From assembly GCA_963845755.1 (NCBI GenBank), contig CAWJTV010000029.1, forward strand, positions 224,001 to 288,000: DNA of 64,000 nucleotides, given 5' to 3'. This document shows, in pieces, positions 12,772-23,622 of this stretch. Origin of the DNA: an uncultured Planctomycetota bacterium (lineage in GTDB: Bacteria; Planctomycetota; Planctomycetia; Isosphaerales; Isosphaeraceae). Under the pieces are notes generated by a model, which did not search any database, was not told where the DNA came from, and saw only the letters and a program-made list of their open reading frames with translations. Position numbers and translations under genes: made by a program. How positions within the stretch are numbered: the first letter of the stretch is position 1; each line of letters begins with the position of its first letter.

Positions 12772-12880
12772 TTGGGTTCGTTTTGAGGGATTCTGGGCCT
12801 CTCCGCGCGGGTGGTTGGCTTCGTTTTGAGGAATTCTGGTGAGGTTGCCTGGGCGGTTGGGTTCGTTTTTTCGGAATCGG
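12772..12880. repeat. Three spaced direct repeats TTGG(G/C)TTCGTTTT..G(G/A)AT, period 42-43 bp
   Basis: Copies start at 12772, 12815 and 12857 in an intergenic AT-richer region. Confidence 0.8.
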
Positions 12881-13519
12881 GTTCCTGCAGCTCATGAGTT
12901 GTTGGGCTAGTTCGTTGGAACTCGAAGATATCAAGCACGAATTAATGGAACCATCCACCTAAACTGTAATGGCTAACTGCGTCACCGTGGCTGAGTGGAT
13001 TCAACGCAACTTCGCGGGCTCGGTTCCCAACTCGGAGCCCTCGTCGCGGCGAACCGCGATGGCAGACAATCTGCCAGGACTCAAGCCAAGAACGAAGGTC
13101 TATTGATTAGGATGCCGCAACTTTGAAAAAACAGGAACGCATTATGGCCGAAACGGGCAGGAATCGTGATGTAAATCCTTACTCAACAGAGAAATAAATT
13201 TTTCGAGAATTTCTGGGAGCCGGTAGATTAGCTCGGGCGCGGCTGTTCGATGATCGCATCTGGCCGCGAGGGATCGGACTGGCATCCTACTGACACGTCG
13301 CAACTTGCCTCGAAGGGTTTAGAACCTACCATCCCGGGGCAACGCCACGAGGACTGGCCTCGGTTGAGCGCGGAAAACGGGAACTGGGTCCCTCCCCGCG
13401 TGTGCCAGCCCCGAGATCGAGGCGACCACACAGGGGCGGGAGCCAGTCCCCGTTTTTCGGATCCGTATCCCTCGCGAGCGATTCACGGCTCTGGAGCCGA
13501 TCCCATTGAGAACCTGGCA

Positions 13520-14606
13520 TCACGACCTTCGGATTCCGACTCCGCTATGGCCCGAACTGACCCGGGCATGGCTTGCTGGACGCGGGATCGATGTCCGGGC
13601 ACGATCGTGGTCGAGAAAGACACTCCCGTCGGCGACACCGCGGAGCTTCTCCATCGCGCGTTCCTCGATCTGCCGGACGCGTTCCTTGGAGATCTGAAGG
13701 AGCTTGCCGAGCTGGTTGAGCGAATGCCGCGGCTCCCCATCCAGGCCGAACCTCAGTTTGAGGACTGTCTGCTCTCGGGAGGTCAAGGTCCGGAGGATCG
13801 AGCCCAGGAATTCGACCGACTCACGATCGTCATGGTCCGGCTCCCCAACGGCCGAGAGGAGGTTGGCCAGGGGGGTAATTTCATCGACCTGGCACGGAGC
13901 ATCGAGCGAAATCTGGGTCCGGATGGCGGCGAAGTCTCGAGGGTCAACGACAGACCGAACCTTTTTCGGAGGAACGACTTCCGCGAAAAGATCTCTCTTC
14001 GCGTCCGAGGCGTGCGCCATGGCGTGTGCCAGCCGTTGAAGTTGTTTCGGGTTCAATCGGACCGGATACGCGCCGCCCGCGATCGCACGTTGCATCGCCT
14101 GGCGTATCCACCATCCCGCGTAGGTGGCCAGACGTGTCGTGTTCGCGGTGTCGAACCGGTCGATGGCCGCCATCAGGCCGCAGAAGCCTTCCTGGATCAG
14201 GTCGGCCGCGGAAATGCCCCGGTTGAAGAAGCGTTTTGCGATATGCGCGACCAGGCGGGAGTTGGCCATGGCCAGCGCGTTACGGATCTCTTGGTAGCGG
14301 CGTGCCCGGAGTGCAATCGCGAGCGTCGCCGGTTCGAGGGCCTTTACGTTGGTCGCCAGGTCGTGCATCACGCGCTGGAACTCGACGTCCGGAATGGCGA
14401 CACCCCATTCCGATCCGTCGGAACGGCGGGTGGTTCGGAGCAGCACGTCTTTCGCGTCGGCCAGCTCCAAGAGCAGCTCGCGTTCTCGCGAGGCGCTCGA
14501 TGACGTTCGCCTCCGGCGCGTCCAGGAACCAGCGTCGCGGGCCTTCGGGGTCGGGATGGTTCTGCGTCCACATCGGTGAGTACCTGAAAGAAGAGATAGA
14601 TGGCAT
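13520..14606 (-). CDS. Sigma-70 family RNA polymerase sigma factor (RpoD/RpoS-like regions 2-4); start uncertain, probable frameshift near 14495
   Basis: ANSRLVAHIAK, DLIQEGFCGLMAAIDRFD, LATYAGWWIRQAM, SLDAP, ISKERVRQIEERAMEKLR. Confidence 0.85.
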
Positions 14607-14915
14607 TGTCTCGATTCCTCCAACACAAAGCGCGCGGTCCGGACCCGCCGGTCGTGAGCCGGATCGGTTGCCGGGGTCGGTGAGAGGCGGACGCTCGTCG
14701 CGTCGATCGCAAGTCGATGGATGACCGTATGGGAATGATTGACCGGCCGATCAGGATCAGCCGTCCTCGCCTCTCCCATCTCTCTAACGGCCGACCTGGG
14801 CGGGTGTCTCATGGCTGGCCGTTTCTTTTGTATTTTTCCCTTCGGGCCGGGATCAGGTAGGATAGAGAGGTCGGGCTAACCTCAAGGCGAACCGGCGAAA
14901 GAGATCCCAGGACAC

Positions 14916-14949
14916 GGGGACAGGCACCTCGAAGACTCGGGGGCAGTCC
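14916..14949 (+). repeat. REP-like element, copy upstream of ECF sigma
   Basis: GGGGACAGGCACCTCGAAGACTCGG (14916-14940) is identical to 15774-15798. Confidence 0.8.
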
Positions 14950-15008
14950 GTTTCCGGGGATCTCTCGACAGCGATGCCGGTGGGTGTTTCGACGAGGAAG
15001 GAGGGACC

Positions 15009-15750
15009 GTGGAGAAGGTCGATGTCGAGCCGCGTCTCACGGACCTATCAACCCAGTGGAACCTGGTCTTCCTGACCCAGGTGGGCCAGCCGGAGGAAGC
15101 CCAGCGCGCGGCGGCACAACTGATGTGCCGCTATGCCGGTGCGGTCCACCGATACCTGCTGAAGGCGTTGAAAGACCCTCACGCCGCCGAGGAGCTGGAT
15201 CAGGAGTTCGCGCTCCGATTCCTCCGGGGCGATTTCCGCAATGTTCAACCCGAGTCGCGGCCGGTTTCGCGATTACGTGAAGCGGGCCGTCCAGAACCTG
15301 ATGAACGATTACTACCGACGGAAGCGCCCGGTCCTTCCCCTGGACTCGGACGTCATCGAGCCGGCCGTGGAGGACGAGGGGCTGGCCCGGTTCGAACAGC
15401 AGTTCACCCAGAGCTGGCGGAACGACTTGCTCGACCGAGCGTGGACCGCCGTCAAGGAGATGGAAAGCCGGACGGGACAGCCGCATCATACGGTCCTTCG
15501 AATTCGCGTGGATTCTCCGGAGCTCAACTCGAGCGGATGGGCGGCACGGCTGGCCAAGGCCGTGGGACATCCGGTAACGCCGGGCGCGTTCCGGCAGGCC
15601 TTGCAACGCGCGCGGCGGGCCTTTACCGGACATCTGATCCATGAAGTGGCCGCGAGCCTGGATACTCCGAGTGAGCGGGCGATGGAGGAGGAGCTGGCGG
15701 AGCTCGAGCTCTTGGAGTACTGCCGTCCTTACCTGAACGGCAACAATTGA
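15009..15750 (+). CDS. Planctomycete-type ECF sigma factor; frameshift near 15250
   Basis: GGAGG RBS + GTG; STQWNLV, CRYAGAVHRYL, AEELDQEF, RGRFRDYVK, AFRQALQRARRAF. Confidence 0.85.
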
Positions 15751-15773
15751 GGACTTGTCGGTTACTTCCCAGA

Positions 15774-15809
15774 GGGGACAGGCACCTCGAAGACTCGGAC
15801 CCAGTCCCC
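15774..15809 (+). repeat. REP-like imperfect palindrome downstream of ECF sigma
   Basis: GGGGACAGG...CCAGTCCCC; partial third copy GGAGCCAGTCCCC near 13439-13451. Confidence 0.8.
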
Positions 15810-15967
15810 GGTGGAAAACCTCCCGTAGAGCCTTGTCGGGCCGAGCCGGTCTGTGGAAATCCTCATCGCAAATCGGCTCATGGAACGAAGTCGCCTGGTC
15901 GCGGACGACGCACTTAACAGGCGAGGTCTTTGACCTGGCAAATCCTCCGGCGGTTGATCAAGGCGCC

Positions 15968-17086
15968 TCAGGCGTGGCCGGTCGTCACCTTGTCGAAAAC
16001 CCGGCAAAAGTTTCCGCCGCCGATCTTGCCGATCTCGCCGGGCGTGAAACCCTGGCTCAGCATCTCCGCGACGGCCGCCTTGAAGAATCCGCCGGACAGG
16101 CCGGGCCAAGCGGCGTTGGTGGATTGGCCGGCCCGGGAGGACAGGATGTCGGTGTCGCTGCCGATGCCGACGTGGTCGATGCCGACGGCATCCACCAACG
16201 CCTTGATGCCCGCGACGTACTCGCCCATCGAGTCGGACAGTTTGGTCCACACGCCGATCACGCCGCCGGCGTCCGCAACCACGCGGGCGTGGTCCTTGCT
16301 GATCAGCCGCGGGGCCATCATTTTCGCCATCCGGGGGTTCTTGCCCGCCCGCGTGTCGAGGCTGGTGTGGGAGACGATCACCGGCTGCGTGGACACCTTC
16401 AGCGCGCCGAGCACGGTCTCGTGGCTGGCGTGGGCGAGGTCGACGACGATGCCCAGCCGGTTGCACTCCTTGACGACGGCCGCGCCGAAGGGGGTCAGGC
16501 CGCCCAGGCGGGGGGGCTCGGTGTAGATGTCGCCGAGCGGCTCGACCTTATCGCCTTTATCGTGCAGCAATTGGAGGTGCCGGAGCCCGCGCTTGTACAC
16601 CTCTTCCACCCGCTCGAGGTGTCCTTCCAGGAAATGCGCCCCTTCGATCGACTGGACGAGGGCCGGCTGGCCCTTGTCGTGTGCGACCTGGAGGTCTTTC
16701 CGGTTCATAGCGCGGGTCAGGCGGTCCTTTCCTAACAGGCCGTCGACTGCGGTGAGCCCTTGCAGGAACCTGGCGTAGGGCTCGCGGGCGTTGAAGTCGA
16801 GGCGGAAGGCCGCGCAGACGGCCGTCAACCTCGAGCGCTTGATCTCGTCGGCCAGGTCAAGGTTGGACTGTGACTTCTGTTGCTCCTTCCGACCCTGCTC
16901 GGGCCTTGCCCCGCCCGGTGTGACATGGTTGTGCATGTCGATGCCGATGGTGCCGGCCAGGACCTCCGCGACCCGCGGATCCTCCGTGTCGGCCTGCGCC
17001 CGGAGCCATTCCGGCACGAGCAACACCGCGACGTTCGCCCCGACCGCTCCCGTCAGAAATTCTCGCCGCGTATGACTCCATTGCAT
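15968..17086 (-). CDS. Tat-exported membrane dipeptidase (peptidase M19)
   Basis: TRREFL Tat motif; DMHNH, SIEG, GLTPFG, VDLAH, VSHT, HVGIGSD, GGNFCRV. Confidence 0.9.
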   Translation of the reverse strand: MQWSHTRREFLTGAVGANVAVLLVPEWLRAQADTEDPRVAEVLAGTIGIDMHNHVTPGGARPEQGRKEQQKSQSNLDLADEIKRSRLTAVCAAFRLDFNAREPYARFLQGLTAVDGLLGKDRLTRAMNRKDLQVAHDKGQPALVQSIEGAHFLEGHLERVEEVYKRGLRHLQLLHDKGDKVEPLGDIYTEPPRLGGLTPFGAAVVKECNRLGIVVDLAHASHETVLGALKVSTQPVIVSHTSLDTRAGKNPRMAKMMAPRLISKDHARVVADAGGVIGVWTKLSDSMGEYVAGIKALVDAVGIDHVGIGSDTDILSSRAGQSTNAAWPGLSGGFFKAAVAEMLSQGFTPGEIGKIGGGNFCRVFDKVTTGHA

Positions 17087-17690
17087 GTATGACACCCTGG
17101 ATATGAGTGAGAGTTGGGATACGGGGTGATTCTCGAAAGTTACCTGAAAATACTCGCCTTGCAGCGCGGCGTCCCTCATGCTGCGACAGGTTTCGGCATC
17201 GCCGATCCCCAGCGATGTCCGCGCGTTTCTCGACGTCGTGAGAGGCCTACGGGTCTTTCCAACACCGGGTCTCCCGGCTGACAGCCACTCAATCCCGCAC
17301 CCTGTGCCTCGCCGAGTAAACGCCGGCCCGGCGGTTGCGGCAAGAGTCGCCAGGACAAGGATGATCGCCGTGTCTTCGGTGAGGCTACCCCGAGCCGAGA
17401 GAGCGAGCACGCCGTTGCGAGCGTGCCCAGAAACACACAGTAGCGGAGTGGGATGTGAGCCAAGTTTATCTGATCCTAACTTCGCAAGGCATTACTGATC
17501 CCCGCGAGACTTGACTCCATCCGCGCCTGCGGGACGGCCTATCATTAATGCGAGATTATAACGGCCGCCCCCTCTCTCGGGTGGAGAGGAATTCTAAAAT
17601 CCCCTTCATTATTGAACCCCCCGCCCGATGACTCGTGTGCGACCCAGGCCGGACCGCCGACCGCGCACAGGAAGTCCGCATTATCTGTAG

Positions 17691-17825
17691 GACTTCGAGT
17701 TCGATCCCTGGACGCTGGCCTCGAGCGTGCTGGACTTCAATCTCGGGATCGAGGCGTTCCAGCTCCTGGTGATCCTGGCCGCGATGCCCTGGCTCGTGCT
17801 CCTGGCCCGCTCTCACGTCTACTGA
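17691..17825 (+). pseudogene. HupE/UreJ-like membrane protein, C-terminal fragment
   Basis: Start-less frame DFEFDPWTLASSVLDFNLGIEAFQLLVILAAMPWLVLLARSHVY*; FNLGIE-x-Q motif. Confidence 0.55.
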
Positions 17826-18206
17826 GGCCGGCGCGGGCAGACTCCGCAGAATCGGGGACTGGGCCTTAGAATCCCACCACGCGGAGCGGAGCCACCACCC
17901 CCGCTACAAGGCGACGTGCGGCCGTGACCTGTTCGGCGACTGGACCGCGACCATCCGCTACGAACGCAACGTACTCGCACCGATTCCTCGGCATTCCGGG
18001 CAAACCTCATCGCTCGCCGAAGGCGCGATGGTCCCGACCAATAGGGCGCGGTCCTCGGTCTTGTCGTGCCCCACCCCGCGAAGTAGCATGGCGACTTGTC
18101 CATCGCCCGTCTCCGTGGTCAGCACGTCGCCCGGCTTGCCGCGAGGCGTACAGCCAGTTAGCCCCGCGAGAGTCGGCAGTCGATTGCTTCATGAGGCTCA
18201 GCCAAG

Positions 18207-19812
18207 ATGATCCCATCGAACGTAACTCGAGCGCTTGCAGTGGCCCTTCCTACGATCTTGGGGCTCGCGCGACATCGCCTCGGGATACTCACCGTCCTGG
18301 TCGCACTCCCGGCCGCCGTCGCTCGTGCCCAGGTCGGCGAGGCGCCGCCCAAGCCGGCCTTCGCGGACAGCACGCCGGTGATCTCGCACGAGGACCTGAC
18401 CAAGGTCTCCCTCCCGAACACGACCATCGATTCGGTCGAGCTCAACGCCGCGGACGGGTCCTGCCGTGTCCGAGCGACCGTGACACATCCCCCGACGGGG
18501 TGTCGGGTGAAGGTGTTCGTCGCCCTGCCTACGAAGGGTTGGAATGGGCGGTTCCAAGGAACCGGCGGGGGTGGATATGTCGGCGGGAATCCCAATGGTT
18601 TGCGCGGGCCGTTGCGTTCGGGCTACGCGACAGCCGCCACCGACACCGGACACGAAGGGGGTAGCGGGAGCTTTGCCCTGGGAGCTGACGGCCGGTTGGA
18701 CTGGCATGCCGTCCAGGACTACGCGTACCTCGGCATCCATGAGATGACCGTGGTGGGTAAGGCGTTGACGAAGGCGTTCTACGGCAAGGCCCCGCGCTCT
18801 TCCTATTTCGTGGGCGGCTCGACGGGCGGTCGCCAGGGATTGATGGAGGCGCAACGCTATCCGGAGGACTACGACGGCATCATCTCCGCCTGTCCGGCCA
18901 TCAACTGGCATCGATTCCTCCCCGCGGACCTCTGGCCGCAGGTGGTCATGGTTGCCGCCGGGAATTTCGTGACGAAGGCCAAGCTCGATGCGGTCACAGC
19001 CGCCGCCGTGGCGTCCGGTGACGTCCTGGACGGCGTCACCGACGGCGTGATCGATGATCCCTCGCGTTGCACCTACGATCCGAAGGAGTTGGTGGGCACC
19101 AAGGTCGGCGACAGCACATTCACCGAAGCCGACGCGGAGGTGGTCCGGAAGATCTGGGAAGGTCCCCGGGGACAGGATGGGAAGTTCCTCTGGTACGGCC
19201 TGGCGCGCGGCACGGACCTTTCCGCGCTCGCCGGGACGGGTGGTTCGCCACTCACAGGAAAGCCGTTCTCCATACCACAGGAATGGTTCCAGTACTTTCT
19301 GCTCCAGGACCCGAAATGGAACTGGACGACGCTCACGCCGGCGGGGTTCGAGCGGCTTTGGAAGAAATCAGTTGAGGAATTCGGGGCCGTCATCGGGACA
19401 GACGACCCGGACTTGAGCCGATTTCGCGACCGGGGTGGCAAGATCATCATCACGCACGGCCTGGCCGACCAGCTCATCCCGGCCGATGGAACCATCGACT
19501 ATTACAATCGCGTCTTACAGCGGATGGGCGGCAGGGAAAAGGTCGGGCGGTTTGCTCGCTTGTTTCTCGCGCCGGGCGTCGATCACGGGTTCCGCGGCCC
19601 TGGCGCCACCCCGGTCGGCCAGATGGAGGCGATCCTGCGCTGGGTCGAGGAGGGCACACCCCCAGACAAGCTGATGGCGGAGCACCGGGACCGAAGCGGC
19701 AAGGTGACCCGGACCCGTCCGTTATTCCCGTATCCGCAGGTGTCCAGGTACAAAGGCAACGGGAGCACGGACGAAGCGGAGAACTTCGTGAGCAGCTCGG
19801 CCCGCAGATTGA
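18207..19812 (+). CDS. Tannase/feruloyl esterase family hydrolase; 3' end uncertain (track ORF runs to 19994)
   Basis: WNGRF, TDTGH, GGSTGGRQG, AQRYPEDYDG, HGLADQLI, PGVDH, TRPLFPYP. Confidence 0.9.
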
Positions 19813-19836
19813 AGCCAAGCTCCGCCGAGTCAATGT

Positions 19837-22800
19837 TCATAGGCGTGGCCCGAGGCCGGTCTCGAGGCCCCGGGGCCCGAGCTGGCTCAATCGCTCTTCG
19901 GTCCTGGCGAGCTCGGGGCACTGCAGTGTGGACTGAAGGTCGCAGGCTCGTCGGAGCGCGTCCCGGGCGAGGGAGAACCGACCCTGCTCGGTGAGGACCT
20001 CCCCGAGCAGCACGAGGGCATCGGCCGCCCCCCAGGCGTACTCGCACTCCGGGTGCTGCGCACCGGGGGCGACCAGTTCGCCGAGAGGCAGGTCCGGCCG
20101 GGAGGCCGGGGCACCGTCCTCCGTCAGGATCCCATTTAGAGCCCCGAGCGCCGACCGCTCGGCGGCCTCCAGGAAGGCCCCTCTCTGCGGGGAGCCTCGG
20201 TCGGGGATCGAATGGGCCCGGGCCAGGGCGAGGCGGGACCGCAGGTTGAGGAAGTCCACATGGGCCAGGCCGAGCCCGCATTGCCGGGCCAGGATCAGGC
20301 CCTCGCGCGACTCCGAATCGGCCGCCTCATACTCCCCCCGATCGGTCATCGCCCGCGCGCGAATCAGGTGATACTGGCAGAGGTGCTCCGCCGACCCCGA
20401 TCGCAGGATCCAGGGCGCCTCGCGTTCGAGGCCGGCCAGGGCCCGGTCGGCATGCCCCTCCCGTCGATCGACCTCGGCCAGGACGAGCCGCGTCCGGACC
20501 TGCTCGGGGACGTGCCGCAAGGCGCCCTTGAAACCCTCCAGGTCGGCCGCGGCCACCGCCCGGGCTCGGGCGAATTCCCCCTTCATCAGCGGCAGGTCCG
20601 CGTTGACCAGGGCCTCCCCCCAACCCAGGTCGAATGGAACATCAAGGGCATCCGGCCGCCCCATGAGGAAGGCCGCGATCGCCCGCGAGTGCTGCCAGCC
20701 GACCTTGTCGCGCACGACCCGAGGCAGGAATCCCCGGAGGCAGAGGACCGCCCCCGACCAGATCGGCCGGACCTTCGAGAGGAGGTCGAAACTCGCGCGG
20801 AGGTCGCCGACGCCCCGCAGGTACCAGGCCAGGTCGAGGTCGTTCGGACACGCCCGGAAGTACCGGAGAATCCGCGCCCCTCGCGCGAACTCCCCGAGCA
20901 CCTTGCCGAGGTGTTCCCGGCCGCCCATCCGCCTCGAGTAGAGCCCATAGGCCTCCGCCTCGTTCCCCGAATGGACGGTGTGGTAGATCACTTCCTCCAG
21001 GGCATCGAGCAGAGCCGGATCCTCCGGATTGGCCGATCCCGGGCGGAAACGGAGGGTCACCCCGGACGTGTTCGGCTCGATGTCCGGGACCTCAAAATCA
21101 TCGGACCCGTCTTCGAGGGACCGGATACAGTCGTCGATCCGCCCTACGCTCGCCCGCGACAGCCGCTGCTCATGCCGCGACAGGAACCCGCGGAGCTGGT
21201 CGATCAGCTTCTTCCGGGCGCCGAGAACAACCTCGTAGTCGAGAAACAACAGCCAATCCTCGTGCGGTTGCCTCGACCCCGCGTCGCCGATGCTCGACCA
21301 GGACAGCCTCTCGAAGTCGCGTCGCCCCGGCCCTATCCCGCGGCTGGAGAAGCAACACCGGACGTTGTCGTACCACGGAACGACAACGTACTCGCACGCG
21401 TCCGATTCGCCGTCGCTCGGGCTGAGAGCGGATCGGTGCAGCCAGAGCTGCCACGAAATCCGCAAGTCGTCGTTGGTGTAGGACTGGCCGTCGCTCAACT
21501 CCAGATCGGGTAGAGGGATTGCCGCGGACCCATCTTCCAGGTCCCGGATACAGCCGTCGATCCGCCCCGCGCACGCCCGCGACAGCCGCTGCCCATGACG
21601 CGACAGGAACCCGCGGAGACGTCCCGAAAAGTCGGAAAGGTTAAAACATTCGACTTTGAAGTGACATTCACGGAATTCTCGCAGGAATAAATCCTGGAGA
21701 TGCATGACCTCGACCTTTGACACCTTCTCCCACTCGTGGGCCACGTCCAGGCCGCAGTCGAACATCAGCTTCTTGCCGACGACGCGGTGCGCGGCTGAGG
21801 CGTCCGTGAAGATCCGGTAGAAGTGGTCGCGGACGGCCGGGTGGGCGGTGTAACCGCCGCCTGGCTCGGGGAGCAGCAAGTGCAGCCGGGCGAGCCGCCC
21901 GAACTCGGCCTCGGTGCAACCCGACAGGTCACCGCAGAGAGCGGGCACGTCGGTCCGGGAGAAGATGGAGTGGAGGGCCTCGCTGGACGCACCCGTGCGG
22001 AAGAGGCAGAACCGCACCAGCAGATCGAGCTCCCGGGAGGAAAGGGACTTCTCGTAGGCACGGAGGACGCGGGCGAGCTTGCGCTCCTCGAGGGTGTCGG
22101 AGTCGAGCCGGGGCTCCTCCAGCCGGGCGGCCGCGGCGGGTTCGCCGTCGCAGAACGCCGCGAGGTAGGCCCCCACGTGGTCGAGGGTCAGGGCATGCGA
22201 GCCGTACTCGTCGAGCACCGCGTCGACGCCCGATCGTCCCCCCGGACCCCGTGCCGTCGCAGGAGCTGCCGCGCCGCCTGCCGGTCGAGCTCGGTCGACC
22301 TCCCGCCGGGCGTACCCGCAGCCCTCCCAGCCGTGGAGGTCGGGGACGGGGAACCGGGTGGTGATCAGGCATCTGGTCCGCCCAGCCCCCGCGGCCAGCC
22401 GGGTGACGGCCTGCCGGAGCAGCGGGTCCTCCAGCTCGCCGAACCCCCGCTTGAGGTCGCCAGGCGGCCGTTGGACCCGCTCCAGGCCGTCCAGGACGAG
22501 GAGATTCCTCCCGCCGTCGTCCAGCATCTCGGTGAGTCGGTAGAGCAACCCGGCGCCGGACGATTCCGGCTTCAGCCCGCGACTGAAGTAGCGGTACGCG
22601 TGCCGCAGGAAATTGCTCACATCCTGGTCGACGTAGAAACTCCAGACGAATAGCCCGTCGGGCCGGTCCGCTCCGGCCGCGGGATCCAGGAGTCCCGACA
22701 CGAAGGCCGAGGCGATCGCGGTCTTGCCTGCGCCCCCCAATCCGATCAGCGCCAGGACATGACCATCCGCCGCACCCCGCCAGAAACCCCGCACGGCGTC

Positions 22801-23223
22801 GAGCTCCTCGACCCGCCCCACGAACAGGGGAGCCGATGGGAGCGGATGGACGATCCCCTCATGGAGATCAGCGAGGCGGTCAGCCCCCGCCGTCGGCTCG
22901 AGGCCAGGTCCAAGGCCGGCCGCGAGTCTGTGCTCGTGCGAAGAGGAGACCTCGTCGACACCGTCGTCGATCGGCCGGACGAGGGTCGGGAAATCGACAT
23001 CCGGGAGGTCCATCCGGACCACCCGAGCGAGATCCCGGAGCCCGTTCCTGGACTGAGAGGCGTCGCGGAGGATGCTCATCCAGACGTCACGTATGTCGCC
23101 GGCGCGGGAGAGGAATCCGGTCGATCGGCCGGCCTTCTCCGCGACGACACGGGCGCTCGCCGGGTCTGGGTAATTGCGGACCAAGAGGTCCAGGAGACCG
23201 GTCAAGGAGTCGTCCCAACTCAT
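19837..23223 (-). CDS. EAD1-like domain + STAND (NB-ARC/NACHT-like) NTPase + TPR-like repeats
   Basis: N-terminal ~80-aa helical domain (..NYPD....VWMSIL..); FVGRVEEL, Walker A GLGGAGKT, Walker B LLVLDGLE, LITTR, HALTL, AHPAVRDHF; helical C-terminus. Confidence 0.8.
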   Translation of the reverse strand: MSWDDSLTGLLDLLVRNYPDPASARVVAEKAGRSTGFLSRAGDIRDVWMSILRDASQSRNGLRDLARVVRMDLPDVDFPTLVRPIDDGVDEVSSSHEHRLAAGLGPGLEPTAGADRLADLHEGIVHPLPSAPLFVGRVEELDAVRGFWRGAADGHVLALIGLGGAGKTAIASAFVSGLLDPAAGADRPDGLFVWSFYVDQDVSNFLRHAYRYFSRGLKPESSGAGLLYRLTEMLDDGGRNLLVLDGLERVQRPPGDLKRGFGELEDPLLRQAVTRLAAGAGRTRCLITTRFPVPDLHGWEGCGYARREVDRARPAGGAAAPATARGPGGRSGVDAVLDEYGSHALTLDHVGAYLAAFCDGEPAAAARLEEPRLDSDTLEERKLARVLRAYEKSLSSRELDLLVRFCLFRTGASSEALHSIFSRTDVPALCGDLSGCTEAEFGRLARLHLLLPEPGGGYTAHPAVRDHFYRIFTDASAAHRVVGKKLMFDCGLDVAHEWEKVSKVEVMHLQDLFLREFRECHFKVECFNLSDFSGRLRGFLSRHGQRLSRACAGRIDGCIRDLEDGSAAIPLPDLELSDGQSYTNDDLRISWQLWLHRSALSPSDGESDACEYVVVPWYDNVRCCFSSRGIGPGRRDFERLSWSSIGDAGSRQPHEDWLLFLDYEVVLGARKKLIDQLRGFLSRHEQRLSRASVGRIDDCIRSLEDGSDDFEVPDIEPNTSGVTLRFRPGSANPEDPALLDALEEVIYHTVHSGNEAEAYGLYSRRMGGREHLGKVLGEFARGARILRYFRACPNDLDLAWYLRGVGDLRASFDLLSKVRPIWSGAVLCLRGFLPRVVRDKVGWQHSRAIAAFLMGRPDALDVPFDLGWGEALVNADLPLMKGEFARARAVAAADLEGFKGALRHVPEQVRTRLVLAEVDRREGHADRALAGLEREAPWILRSGSAEHLCQYHLIRARAMTDRGEYEAADSESREGLILARQCGLGLAHVDFLNLRSRLALARAHSIPDRGSPQRGAFLEAAERSALGALNGILTEDGAPASRPDLPLGELVAPGAQHPECEYAWGAADALVLLGEVLTEQGRFSLARDALRRACDLQSTLQCPELARTEERLSQLGPRGLETGLGPRL

Positions 23224-23622
23224 AAACTCGCACCGAAACACGCGTGATTCATGGACGTCGCGGGTCAGCAGGACGGGTCATACGCGAAAACACGACCGAC
23301 ATCTCGTGAGAATGCCCTTTGATTCAAATCCGCATTCTTCCTGGCGATCGAGGGTTTCGAGAGATGGCCATTGTCCCGCCCGAGGCGACGCGACGCAAGC
23401 GCGTCAAGGTCCGCGACCGAAACGAGGTGCTCTGCGCCGGCGGGGGGCGTCAGGGCGAGGCAGAAGCTTTTCGAGCTGAGCTCATGGTCCAAGATTCGGC
23501 AGCGCAGCCACCATCGCGCCCCAGGGGCCGCTGCTGTCTGACACTCTGTCCGAACCACGAACGGCGTTTTGAGACGGGCCGCACCGAGGTCCGGCCGATC
23601 ACCGAGCGGCAGCTTCCGGAGG

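Noticed and set aside
12772..12880. CRISPR array
   Set aside because: Only three degenerate repeats, spacers of ~18 bp and no cas genes in the window.
19837..19994. Functional overlap of the tannase and STAND genes
   Set aside because: Tannase homology ends at AENF; the extension is probably read-through from an indel near 19800.
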